The notes beneath the pieces were generated by a model. The model had not been told where the DNA came from and ran no database searches. It saw nothing but the letters and a program-made list of their open reading frames with translations. Both the position numbers and the translations under genes were made by a program. A DNA stretch of 49,325 nt from Reclinomonas americana ATCC 50394 (taxonomy: Eukaryota). Below, in pieces: positions 26,654 to 38,700 of this stretch (positions are counted from its first letter, which is position 1; each line of letters starts with the position of its first letter). The stretch spans positions 155,924-205,248 of the forward strand of contig PS015064.1 of the NCBI GenBank assembly GCA_048213135.1, written 5' to 3'.

Positions 26654-29600
26654 ATGCCACCTGTGGCGGAAGTTGCGCGTTTGGAGACGCGCGTGCGGAC
26701 GGTTTTGTTTGCGAAGCGAGTGCGTCTGGAGGAGTTTTTCAACAACTTTGATCGCCTGCGCAAGGGTTACATACACACACACACACTGCTCACACACACT
26801 CTCTCCCTCTGTTGACTGACATTATCCGAAAAAACGCGTGCTTTGCTTGTTCCGAGCAGGATTCGTGACTCGCGATCAGTTTGCACGATGCTTGCACATG
26901 GCGGGTGCGACGCTCTCTGAGGAGGAAATGGAGGTGCTGGTGCATGAGTATGCGGATCCGCATGCGCAGGCCGCGGCCGGACTCAACTCGCCTCCGCTGC
27001 TCAACTATGTGCGAGTTGCGTGGGCAAGAGGGAAGGAGAGGGAAGGGAGGAGAGTGTGTAGTGGTGGGGAATGTTCCGAGTCATGCAGCAGATGTGCATG
27101 CGGAAGGTGACTCTCTTTCTCATTGCTTTCCTCTTCTCCCTGTTTTGTTCTTCTCTTCCTCCTTCGTGCTCTTCTTCATCTCGTTCTTGGTTTGTCGTTG
27201 TTGATCTACAGACGAGCCTTATTCTTGGTGCCTGTCACACGAAGGCAGTGTCCGTCGCCTTTCTCTTTCTCAATGGGCTTTAGATTCTGATACCTGCCAC
27301 ACAGACACACAGAGGAAGGACGTAGCTAACCGCTCTCCGTCGTATGTGTCTCTCGTACATCCTTTCTCAGTGAGCGTCAGGTGCAGATGAAGAGTGCACA
27401 CGATCCACTCCTTGTTCCTGCCACACGGAGGCACAGAGCGCAGTATCTGACGCTTTTCTCTTTTCTCAATTGACTTTAGGTGCTGATGAAGAGTGCACTC
27501 TCTTGTTCCTGCCACACAGCATGCACTGAAGCACAGAGCACGCCTATCTCTCTTTCTCAGCAGGGCGTGAGATTCGGAAGAAAGGCGTACTCTGTGTGCT
27601 TGCCACAGTATGCACCGAGATACAGGCCCGTATCTGTCGCCTCCTATCCCTCCGATCCCCTTCCCTCCCACCCCTTTCCCTCCAATCCCCTTTCCCTTAT
27701 TCATCCCTTCCCCTTCTCCACAGTTCTGCGACAAGATGAACGAGGCCTTCACGCTGCGCAACTTGGAAAAGGCGCCCACCATGAGCGTGCCCAACGTGCA
27801 AGAACTGGTGGAGGCGTCGGCGCTGCCGACACTCTCACCGCGCGCCGAGGAGGCCTTTGAGCAGCTGTTGGTGCGTTTGCGTCACGAGGCGGGCTCGCGC
27901 GGATTGCACTTGCGCTCCGTGTTTGAGGACTTTGATCCGCTCCGCCGCGGCTTTGTGACCAAGGCGCAGTTCCTGCGGGTGAGTGGCAAGCACCGGTTGT
28001 GTAATTTGCCTTGTCGCTGACTGCGTGTGTCTCGGGGACAAGACGCTGCCCTTCCGCTTGTCTGCCGCCGAGGCCGAGGTGCTGTGCGCCAAGCTCGCAC
28101 ACCCGAACGGTGTCGACGTGCGCTACGCCGAGTTGCACTCGATGCTCGACTCGTCGCGTGGCCTGTCGCGCACCGCTCAGCGTGCGGGTGCTCCTGGCGG
28201 TCCATCGCTGCCCACCGACGCCTACCGTGAGATCTCGGATCCGCAGGTGCCGCAGACGCAGTGCAGCACGATCGAGTCGCTGATGGACTTTTTGAAGGTG
28301 TGTGCATAGGAAAGAGAGGGTTGATGTGAACGAAGGACAGGCAACCGCACCGATAATCAGTGCCACCCACTTGGACGGACACGTCCACGAGACAAGAAAC
28401 ACAAACACGCACTTGGATTGAGAGAGGGAGATACAAATTGAGAGATGCACACAGACACACTTGCAGTATGCAAAGAGACAGTCATTCACACTGGCAGAGA
28501 CAAACGCAAACATGTACTTGCAGAGAACACACTCACACACTCACGTGCACACAAAGTCATCCTTCGCTCGCTTACGCAACACGCCGTCTTTCTCTCTCTT
28601 CGCCTTGCTCTCCTTGTCTCTCTTCAGGTTTTCCTCATGCGTCTCACCCGACCTTCTCCCTTCCTCTCATCCGGTTTCCCCTTCTCTCTCTTCCCCTCTC
28701 TTCCCCTCTCTTCCCCCTCTCTTCCCCTCTCNNNNNNNNNNNNNNNNNNNNNNNNNNNNNNNNNNNNNNNNNNNNNNNNNNNNNNNNNNNNNNNNNNNNN
28801 NNNNNNNNNNNNNNNNNNNNNNNNNNNNNNNNNNNNNNNNNNNNNNNNNNNNNNNNNNNNNNNNNNNNNNNNNNNNNNNNNNNNNNNNNNNNNNNNNNNN
28901 NNNNNNNNNNNNNNNNNNNNNNNNNNNNNNNNNNNNNNNNNNNNNNNNNNNNNNNNNNNNNNNNNNNNNNNNNNNNNNNNNNNNNNNNNNNNNNNNNNNN
29001 NNNNNNNNNNNNNNNNNNNNNNNNNNNNNNNNNNNNNNNNNNNNNNNNNNNNNNNNNNNNNNNNNNNNNNCGACCAGCGTGTCAGCGACAAGAAACCCCC
29101 TCGAAAAAAAAAGAGACTCCTCATCTACACACCAGTAAGCATGCGATCAAAGTCCTGGAAGAGCGGCTTGAGGAGGATGCGGCGTTGGCGCACGCGAGTG
29201 CGAATAAAGGCCAGCGTCTGCTCGCACGCTTCGGCCAGTTGCTCATCCTGAATGTCCTTGGCCGACTTGGTGGTGAGATGGAGCGGCGGCTCAAACGTCC
29301 TCGTCGGGTTCTTCTCCATCTCCGACGCCGTGAACACCGTCTCAATGTCGTCGATGAAGCGACGCCACGCCACCATTGCCTTGCCGTCGGGCTTCACCTC
29401 GCGGTACTCGGCCAGCAGCAGCTCGTAGTCCGAATCGGTGAGAACGTAGCGCGGCAGCTTCACCATGCCGAGGGCGGTGCGGAAGTGCGTGTCGGTCACG
29501 AATCCCGTGCGCAGCTTGTCAAAGTCGCGGAAGAACTCGCCAAAGCGGACGCGGAAGCGCATGGCCGTGGACTGGGAAGGGGGAGGGAGGGNNNNNNNNN

Positions 29601-31697
29601 NNNNNNNNNNNTAGGTCTGTACGCCAAGAACCACATTACGCGCTCGAGATTCCAGCGCGTGCTGACGACGGCCGGCTTTGAGCTGAGCGAGGGTCAGTAC
29701 AAGGCGCTCTTCTCGCGCTACGACGACGATGGCGACGGCCAGGTGAACTACGAGTTCTTCTGCCGAGATGTGGACTCGCTGTACGAGGACACGCGACGCG
29801 ACGCGGCGCAGCGCCTGACCGAGTCCACCAATGTCAATCTGGCCAACTTCCCGTGGCGCGAGGCCGGCGACAATGCGCCGCTCACTGACGAGGAGATTGA
29901 CGAGGCCGAGAACGCCATTCGAGAGCGCCTCTTTACGACACACACGCGTCTCACTGACTTTTTCCAGCAATACGATCGCCTTCGGTGAGTTTCTACGTGT
30001 TTGTGTGTGGATGGCGAATGTTGACGAATTCACTCACCCACTTTGCGTGTGCTCAGCTCGGGAGTGGTGACCGAGACGCAGTTGCGACAGGTGCTGGATG
30101 CGGCCAAGTTGCGCGTGCCGGAGAGTGCCGTCGCTGCGCTGATTGCACGGTACCGCGACAGCAAGGCTCCGCGCTCAGTCAACTGGGTGCGCTTTAACGA
30201 CTCCATGGAGGAGGGTGAGTGGGGGGCACGGCGACGTGTGTGATTCGAGTTGGTTTGCACTCACCTTGTCGACTGGTGGTGGTGCAGTGTTCTCGGAGAA
30301 GAGATTGGAGAAGAAGCCGACGGTCTCTGTCCGCCGCGGTGCGGAGGTGGTGCGCGAGCGCATTCTCAATCGCACGGCTCCTCGTGCGGTCGATTCGGCC
30401 GAGCGGGAGATGGACGGCATCGTGCAACGCCTGCGCCACATGGTGTCGTGCCAGACGACCAACATCAAGCCGGTGTTCCAGGACTTTGATCCGCTGCGTC
30501 ACGGCACAGTGACCCGAGCGTTGCGTCGCTATATCTTCAAAGATCCTATACATCGACCACTCACTTTTGACACACACAGTCGATGGGGTCGTGTGGCCAC
30601 CTCACTGGCAATGCCGCTCGACGAGAAGGAGCGCGACCTGTTGTACCAGCGCTACCGACACCCAGAGACCGGCGAGTTCAACTACGTCAGCTTCCTGGAT
30701 GAGATTGGTGAGCTTGCCACATTACATGTTCTTCCCCCTCTCCCTCTGCTGATGTCTCACCCTGCCCCTGTCACAGATCCACCAAAGGAGCAACGCAACC
30801 CGAATGCCGGTGCAGGCTCCGCAGGGGCACGGCAGAGCGACGACCCCGGCAGCCTCGACGACATTCTGCACCGCATCAAGAGCCAAGTGGCTCGCGAGCG
30901 CATTCGCGTGCACGAGGTGAGTGTGTGATTCCTCGTGTCCTTTCCTTTCCCTGCGTGTCTCAATCCGTTTGCGCCACAGTTCCTGCAAGACCACGACCCA
31001 CTGCGCCACGGCCACATCACCGGCAACAAGTTCCGCTCGGCACTGCACATGGCCGGTCTCCGTCTCAGCAAGGGCGAGCTCGACTGTCTCGTCGATGCCT
31101 ACAAGCGAGCGCCGTCCGACATTGTGTCGGACGAGCGCGTCGATTACCCGCGCTTCACTCGTGCGCTCGACAGCGGTTCGTTCACGTCACTTGGTGAGAA
31201 AGGGAAAACGGTGTGTGTGCTCACCAATATGAGTGCAGTGTTTACGGAGAGGGACTTGGAGAAGGCACCGAACAAGACCATCAGCGCGTTCCAGGCCCGA
31301 CCAGAGCGCCCGCTGATGGCTGACGAGCAGGATGTGCTCTCACCTCGCTCCAGGGCCGTGTTCGAGACGGCGAGCTCGCTGTTGCTGCAGCACTCCAAGG
31401 TTTGTTTGACGCACGCTTTGTGTCTCAGAGGTGGGAGTGACGAAACAACATCTAAACTCCCTTTATTTCTCTTTGCGTTTGTTTCGCGCGCAGGGCCATC
31501 GCTCGCTCGCACGACCATACTTCCAGGACTTTGATCGCGTGCGCATCGGCAGAGTCACTCTGTCGCAGTTCCGCTCCGTGGTGAGCACGATGAAGCTGCC
31601 GCTGACGGCGGAGCAAGTGGACGTGGTGGCACGCATGTTTACCGACGTGCACAAGGACTTGGACTATGTGCGGTTCTGCCAGCACTTTGACTTGTGA
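26654..31697 (+). CDS. EF-hand repeat protein with 8 homologous units, CFAP115/FAP115-like ciliary microtubule inner protein; one exon lies on an inverted contig
   Basis: Eight copies of a unit RxxxxxFxDFDxLRxGxVTxxQFxRxL...VNYxxF, with an (L/M)EKxP linker after units 1, 3, 5 and 7. The 13 exons are phase-consistent when exon 29571-29133 (- strand) is included. The family assignment is from motif recall. Confidence 0.75.
29133..29571 (-). CDS. Internal exon of the EF-hand repeat gene on an inverted, gap-flanked contig
   Basis: 439-nt exon (CCCAG|...|GTGTGT), phase 0 in and phase 1 out, matching the upstream donor at 28298 and the downstream acceptor just after the 29592-29611 gap. It encodes unit 3 and the start of unit 4. 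Confidence 0.85.
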
Positions 31698-31784
31698 GCG
31701 AGAGGTGTGGCGTGGCGGAAGAAGAAGAGAAGTTGAGCGCGGTGAGGCTTTTTTCTTTCTTTCTTGTGAGGGGATGTTGCGTCG

Positions 31785-32255
31785 AGTGTAAAAGAATTAG
31801 TATCGTTCAAACGAGAAGGGTGAAAGGGGCTTGCACATATGCGAAGAATTAGTATGAGAGTGACGCTGACAAGGGCGAAAGCGAGTTCTTTCGACGAACA
31901 GCATCGTTGAGGAGTGGCGCTTCCTGCGAAGAACAGCCGTTCAAGAGTGGAGTTTCATGAGAAGGGCGGCAGCGCTTTCTGAATGAGTACTTTCAACGAA
32001 CAGCCTCGTTCAAGAGTGGCGCTTCTCGAGACCTGTGAACAGCTTGTCCAGTGAGTTCCTTCAAAGAACAGTTCGAGAGTGGAGCTTTACGAGAAGCACG
32101 ACGGCGCTTTGATAAGTTCTTTCAAAGAACTGTACTGTCAAGAGTGGCACTTCTCGAGAAGTGTGAACGGCTTGTCCAGCGAGTTCTTTCAAAGAGTGGT
32201 GCTCCATGAGAAGGGCGAAAGCGCTTGTCCACTGAGCTGTAAGAATTAGTCGTCC
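31785..32255. repeat. Degenerate intergenic tandem repeat (about 30-65-bp subunits, about 128-bp higher-order period)
   Basis: AAGAGTGGCRCTTCTCGAGA at about 32012 and 32140. GAGTGGnGnTTnAYGAGAAG at about 31945, 32077 and 32194. AAGAATTAGT near both ends. Confidence 0.7.
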
Positions 32256-32513
32256 GAACGCAGCTGATATCAATCGTGGCCTTACTGCACGAATGGCTTA
32301 AGCAAAGGTCCTTTTCTCTGTCTCTCGTAGCACACCAGCAAAAAGCGAGTCCTGTCGGTTGTGCATCCGTCTCGTGTGTGTCGTCGGTCGCGACCAGTGG
32401 CGACCAAGATATCTTCTCGAAATGCCATCTGCGTGACTCATCAAGATATCCTCTAATCTTTGCGTCATTTTTCACAGTGGAGCACAGACCACTCACCCAC
32501 CAACCAAACGATC

Positions 32514-33573
32514 ATGCGTTACTTGACACTCATCGCGCTCTTGTTGGCGCTCTTGGCAGTGGTCGCTGTTGCGCTCTCTCTCCACTCACACACTCGCACT
32601 CTCACTCTGCTGTCACTCACACGCACTCTCTCTCAACACAGAGTGCGGCTCAACTGATGGACAACGATGACTCTGAGCTGCGCGCTCTGGAGGACGAGAT
32701 GTTTGAGGAGGAACACGAGGACGACGGCACTCTCTCAGAGGATGCCATTTTCCAGCAACTCAAGTCGGCCGCACCCACTGCCGCGCCAGCTGCAGAGGAC
32801 GACGAGGAAGAGGAGGACGCGGATGAGGAGGATGAGCTGGAGGACGCTGATGCCCACCAGGTGAGCAGCAACATGAGAGAGAGCGCGTCGGATATCTTTG
32901 ATATCTGGTGACTCATGCCGCATTGTCCATTGTCCAATATCAGGATTTCGATGAGGTTGTGGTCGACGACGATGCCGAGGTTTGCTTCCTCCCATTGTTG
33001 ACCCCAACTTCTCGCTCACTTGGCGCTGTGCAGGATGCGGCGGAGGATGCTGAGGAGGAGGAGGTGGAGCACGAGGATGAGCACGAGGAGCTCATTTCGA
33101 TGGTGCAGGCGCTGAAGGACGAGAGCAAGAAGCTGGCTGTGGTGTGCAAGGCCAACGCGGAGGGTGATCGTAACAAGCGTGCGGTGGCGCTGGCTGTTAT
33201 TGCCGCTCACCGCGCTGCCAAGAAGGCCCGCCGCGCCGAGCGCAAGCCACTGAAGGTTGCGTGTGGGCACAGCGTAAGGCAAGCCGATGAATTGTTGGTG
33301 CTCATGCTCTCCTGTATTACAGGCGTCCAAGGCTGCCGTGAAGGCCGCCAAGGCGGTTCGCATCTCTTTTTTTGTTGCAGAGTCCCGCTCGTGTGCTCAG
33401 TGTTCTTGTCACAGGTCCGCAAGGCCGCTCGTGCTGCTCTGCGCTCCCTCAACGAGACGGTGAGTTGATCCTTCCGTCCTTTTCGATGCAAACCACTTGT
33501 TTCCTCACTGTATTGGTGTATTCAGGGCAAGGTCGAGAAGGAGGTGCTCGAGAAGGTCGTCAAGGCCGCCCAG
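32514..33573 (+). CDS. Secreted protein: signal peptide, D/E-rich acidic region, then A/K/R-rich basic helical region; continues past the gap
   Basis: Seven phase-0 exons: MRYLTLIALLLALLAVVA|SAAQLMDNDDSELRALEDEMFEEEHEDD...|...AAKKARRAERKPLK|ASKAAVKAAKA|VRKAARAALRSLNET|GKVEKEVLEKVVKAAQ|. Confidence 0.8.
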
Positions 33574-34229
33574 GTTTGTAAATCCAGAGATATCTCCCAA
33601 CTTACTGCCATGATCTCTTGTCTTCTCTTGTGTTTCTTTCTGTTTCCATGCCTCCCACTCCCTTTCATCTTCACAACCTGTCTCCTTTTCTATCTCTTGT
33701 CTCTGTCAGTGTCTCTGATGCTCTTCTTTCTTCTCTGAACCTTGCCCTCCAACTCTGACTCGTCTTCGCCCTGTCTCCGGTTCTGTCTCGCTTTTGTCAC
33801 TGTATCTGATCCTGTTCCCACCCCCGTTTCTCTTCATACGCTGTCCCGCTTCTCTGTCTTTTCTCTCTTCTCTGCCTGTTTCCGTGCCCTCCACTCCCTC
33901 TCATCTTCACACCCATTTTTCGCTTCTTTCTCTTATCTCTGTCACTGTGTCTGATGCTGCCTGTCATCTCTGAGCTTCACAACCTTTCTTCGCTTTATCA
34001 CTGTCTCTGAACCTGTTTCCGTGCCTCCCCACTCACTCTCATCTTCACTTCCTGTCATCGCTTCTATCTCTTTTCTCTGATCTTGTCTCCGTGGCCCCAC
34101 TCCCTCTCATCCTCATGCTCTGCCTTCGCTTCTTTCGCTGTCACTATCACCGTCTGTGATCCTTTTTCTGGCTTCTCTACTACCTCTCATCTTCACACCC
34201 TGTTTCCGCTTCTTTATCTTATCTTCGCA

Positions 34230-34487
34230 CCCTTTCCCCCTTCCCTTGCCTTTCCCCCTTCCCTTGCCTTTCCCCCTTCCCTTGCCCTTTTCCCTCTTCC
34301 CTTGCCCTGTCCCCCTTCCCTTGCCCTGTCCCCCTTCCCTTGCCCTTTCCCCCTTCCCTTGCCCTTTCCCCCCTTCCCTTGCCCTTTCCCCCTTCCTTTG
34401 CCCTTTCCCCCCTTCCCTTGCCTTTCCCCCCTTCCCCTTGCCCTTTCCCCCCCTTTCCCCCCTTCCCCCCTTTCCCCCCTTCCCCCC
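34230..34487. repeat. Pyrimidine minisatellite (TTCCCTTGCCCTTTCCCCC-like units) in an intron
   Basis: Directly visible tandem units running into the gap. Confidence 0.85.
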
Positions 34488-35118
34488 NNNNNNNNNNNNN
34501 NNNNNNNNNNNNNNNNNNNNNNNNNNNNNNNNNNNNNNNNNNNNNNNNNNNNNNNNNNNNNNNNNNNNNNNNNNNNNNNNNNNNNNNNNNNNNNNNNNNN
34601 NNNNNNNNNNNNNNNNNNNNNNNNNNNNNNNNNNNNNNNNNNNNNNNNNNNNNNNNNNNNNNNNNNNNNNNNNNNNNNNNNNNNNNNNNNNNNNNNNNNN
34701 NNNNNNNNNNNNNNNNNNNNNNNNNNNNNNNNNNNNNNNNNNNNNNNNNNNNNNNNNNNNNNNNNNNNNNNNNNNNNNNNNNNNNNNNNNNNNNNNNNNN
34801 NNNNNNNNNNNNNNNNNNNNNNNNNNNNNNNNNNNNNNNNNNNNNNNNNNNNNNNNNNNNNNNNNNNNNNNNNNNNNNNNNNNNNNNNNNNNNNNNNNNN
34901 NNNNNNNNNNNNNNNNNNNNNNNNNNNNNNNNNNNNNNNNNNNNNNNNNNNNNNNNNNNNNNNNNNNNNNNNNNNNNNNNNNNNNNNNNNNNNNNNNNNN
35001 NNNNNNNNNNNNNNNNNNNNNNNNNNNNNNNNNNNNNNNNNNNNNNNNNNNNNNNNNNNNNNNNNNNNNNNNNNNNNNNNNNNNNNNNNNNNNNNNNNNN
35101 NNNNNNNNNNNNNNNNNN

Positions 35119-35654
35119 GTGGGCGCACCGCGAATGGCGGCCTTGGCCGAGAACTTGGCACCGGCAGCGGCGTCAGCAGCGTTACCGCGCTGGCCGTTGA
35201 ACTTGTGGATGTGGTGCTGCGCGCGGTGGGCGTGAGTGGAGAACACGTAAAAATGACTGGAAAAACACACAAAAACGTACCCGGACGTTGTGGCTCGAGG
35301 CGCGAGCGGCAGCACGGGCGGCCTTGGCCAACTGCTGCACCACGTAATGGGAAGGAGCGGCAAGTCAGCATCGCGGTATGAAGGAGGAGGAGAGGAACGA
35401 CAACAGAGGGCACATATCTTCACGGGTACACAGCCAGAGGTCTTGCCGAGGCGAGCGGCGGCGGCGGTGGCCTGGGCGACGGCGTGCGCGGCCACGCGGA
35501 CAATGTGCGACTGGAAAGCAGCGCTGCGGCTGGAGTGGCGATGGTGGCGCAGAATGAACTTGTGCGCAATCATCATGGCCTGGACGCGGGCCTTGCGGCG
35601 GATCATCTTCAGGCGGAGGCTCAGGTGTGCGGCACGGGCGGCTTGGTGGGAGTA
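35119..35654 (-). CDS. Basic A/R/H/K-rich exons, probably the continuation of the secreted protein at 32514 on an inverted contig
   Basis: A phase-0 acceptor TTGTAG|TAC gives YSHQAARAAHLSLRLKMIRRKARVQAMMIAHKF..., then QLAKAARAAARASSHNVR and HHIHKFNGQRGNAADAAAGAKFSAKAAIR. The flank 35670-35766 is the reverse complement of the TTCCCTTGCCCTTTCCCCC repeat at 34230-34487. Confidence 0.65.
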
Positions 35655-35786
35655 CTACAAAGGGGAGGGATGAGATGAGGTAAAGGGGGAAGGGGGAAGG
35701 GCAAGGGAAGGGGGGAAAGGGCAAGGGAAGGGGGGGAAGGGACAAGGGAAGGGGGAAGGGCAAGGGNNNNNNNNNNNNNNNNNNNN

Positions 35787-38700
35787 AATCTCTGACTCCT
35801 CGGCCGTGGCCACGTTGAAATTGACCAGCGCATTGCCCGCACGCGCCGCCGCTCGCTGCCCTGACCAACCCTCGCCGAGGCGCTGGCCCACCAGGTTGAA
35901 GACGAGTGGCAAAAGGATGCCGGGAACCTCTCCATACAGCGCCACAGGGCACGTGGTCCACAGTGGCTCCACAATGTAACCTGTTTGTTGGTGTTGGCAA
36001 GCCGTGAGGACCACATGCTGCCATGCAAGCACATGGATGTCACGAAACTGAAGAAGCGCCGCCAGTGCCGATCGTCGAGGAATTCGAGATTCGAGAAAAC
36101 AGTTTGCGCCAGCATGGCACCAACGTCGCGCATCGAGAACACGCCAACCACGTGCAAGAATGCAAAGTGGAACACTTGATAGCTGCAAGCGGAAACGTGA
36201 GCAAACGAGCAGGGCACAGAAGCACATCGATGCACACACACACGCAACGCATGCTCGCGAATGTTGGCCAGGGCCGTCTGCACAGAGCGCAATCGCTCCT
36301 CTTCCTCCGATGCCGCCTTGCGCAGCAATCCCTTTTGACCTGCGAAAGTGGTGCAAGTCATTGCATCTTGTCTACTGGATTGCGAGACCGTGACATGGAA
36401 GCGAACCAAGAGCAACGTGGCACTCCTGCGCAGTCGGCGTGTGCAGCACACCCAGTGCCGCTGCAGCAACGTCGTCGCTGATACCGGCTTCAGCGTAGAA
36501 CGCGGGATTGTAGATGCGATGCAGGTTGCTGACCAGGGCGGCCACATCCGACAGCACCACTTGCTCAATGTCGAAAAAGGCGTTCATGATGTTGCCCTGC
36601 AAACGCCATCAGCCGACGGAGAAAAAGAAGCGAGTTACGTCTGCTGCCAGTAGCACATACCGATGCATCGTTGAAATTCTTGATGCGTCTGGTCACCGAC
36701 GACAGGATGTTGAGCAGAGAGTTGAGCTGCATCCATGACAGTTCAGCCGCGACATCAAGAACTAGTAACGGGAGAGGGAGAGAGAGGGAGGGATGCAAAC
36801 CAGAGAGCGCGCCGAGGCACCGTTCTCAATAAGCGTGCCTTCCGGGGCCGGCACGAGATCCATGGCGTACAGGAGAGCCACTGGATCCAGCAGCACTGCG
36901 CGACAAGAAAGTTGAGTGGGCAAGCCAGCTACATCGATCGAGGAAGGAAGGCGCGCATGAATACGCAACAGCTCTGCACCATCGGCGTCTTCCACTGCTC
37001 CAACACGAACCCCAGCATGTCTTGCAAAAACGCCGCCTGTCGCGCGACGTCTTGATACTCGTTCCTGCAGACACCAAGACAGTGAGAAGTTGATAAACAC
37101 GCACGCAAACAAAAAAGAGTTTCGAGAAGACGCACGAAATGGTGGCAATGGCGTCGAGTACAAATGCCAGCTCTGCCAAGTGGATCTGCTCCTCGCTCCA
37201 CAGTTGCACTGCACGAGTGACAATCACATCCAGATGCGGCTGCATGCGCGAGACGATTGAAGTGAGAAACAAGTCAGGGCACGATGTGTGCACAGCAGCA
37301 ACAACAACAAGTTCACCAGCAAGCGACCCGAAAGCGCCTTGCAAAACTTGATGAATGTAGTGAAAGCCTTGCGACGCGCAGCCTGCGTGTCCTCGCTCGT
37401 ACGATCGCCTTCACTCGGCGCCCGGAAGACCATGTATTGGAACAGCTACAATCGCGGTGAGTGCACAATCATGACGAATCGTGGAGGGAGAAACGACAGC
37501 ACCTTGTCGAGCACTTGAAGAAGCACAGCATCTGCGTCGGGGAAACTGCAATGAGACACTGCCGCGAACAGTGACAAGGAAACCGCACTGCACACAAACC
37601 ATCCGAAGCCCGGCTGAGAGCCCACGACACCGACGAGAAGCACTCGAGATACTTGGGCACGATTACCGGATCCTGTGGGGATGAAGGCAGGTGAGTGCGT
37701 GGAACACCAGATGGCTGGAACGAGCTGTCAATACCGTCAATGACAGCGCGATGAGAGACATGGCCATGGCATGCACACGCTCAATGGCGGCAGCGAACTC
37801 AGGCTAACACAACACAGCGGCGTGAGTAACAAGAGAACTGTGCGACCTGCACCAACTGTCGACTCAACATGGGTCATGGGGACGCGCGTGAGACCAGAGT
37901 TGACGGCATCAAAGATGAATTCCGCCAGATCCCACACGGCCACAGCTTGCGAGTCGTATGCCACGTGACCGAACTCGGTGACAGCTGCGAAATGGATGAG
38001 GTGGGTGAGTGAGAGCGAGAGGGCGAGATGGGGAGAGCGAGAGTGGGGAGAGCGAGAGGGGGTGAGCGAGATGGAGAGAGTGAGAGAGGAAGAGCGAGAG
38101 GGGANNNNNNNNNNNNNNNNNNNNGAGCGAGAGGGGAGAGAACGAGAGGGGAGAGAGCGAGAAGGTGAGAGAGCGGAGTACTGGCATGTGGATATTGCAC
38201 ACGAAAGGTGCGTACCATCGCCCGGCAGTGGACCCATCACCGGCAGTGCCGTCTCCATCACCGAGTGCGCGAAGTGAGCCGAAGCATGTGGCTACCAGCG
38301 ACATGGACAAGTAAGTCGATTAATTGAATCGCTTGCGGGGAACAGCAGACACATCCACACACCGCCAGCACCGCCACTTCGGTAAAGTACGTCTTGCAGC
38401 TGCTGCGGAACGACCCAAAAAAGTCGGCGTAGCTCTCACGCGACTCGAAGTCGAGCTGCGTGATGATGCTTGCATCTGCGCAGGGTGAGCGCGACGATGG
38501 CTACACACACCAGCAAGCACACACACACCTGGTCTTTCTGGATCGTACGCCCCACGCACGGCCTTGTTCGCAAACGACGGCAGCAGCGCAGTGACGAATT
38601 CCACCGGATTCGCTTTCTGTGTCGGCGACAGAAAAAATGAGTGTGCCACAACAACGATCAAAATACCCCCCAAAACAGACCTCCAGCATCTCGCCACTCT

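Noticed and set aside
35119-35766. Exportin-5 C-terminal exons (same strand as XPO5)
   Set aside because: The basic A/R/H/K composition is unlike HEAT repeats, and the flanking repeat and splice phase match the secreted gene instead.
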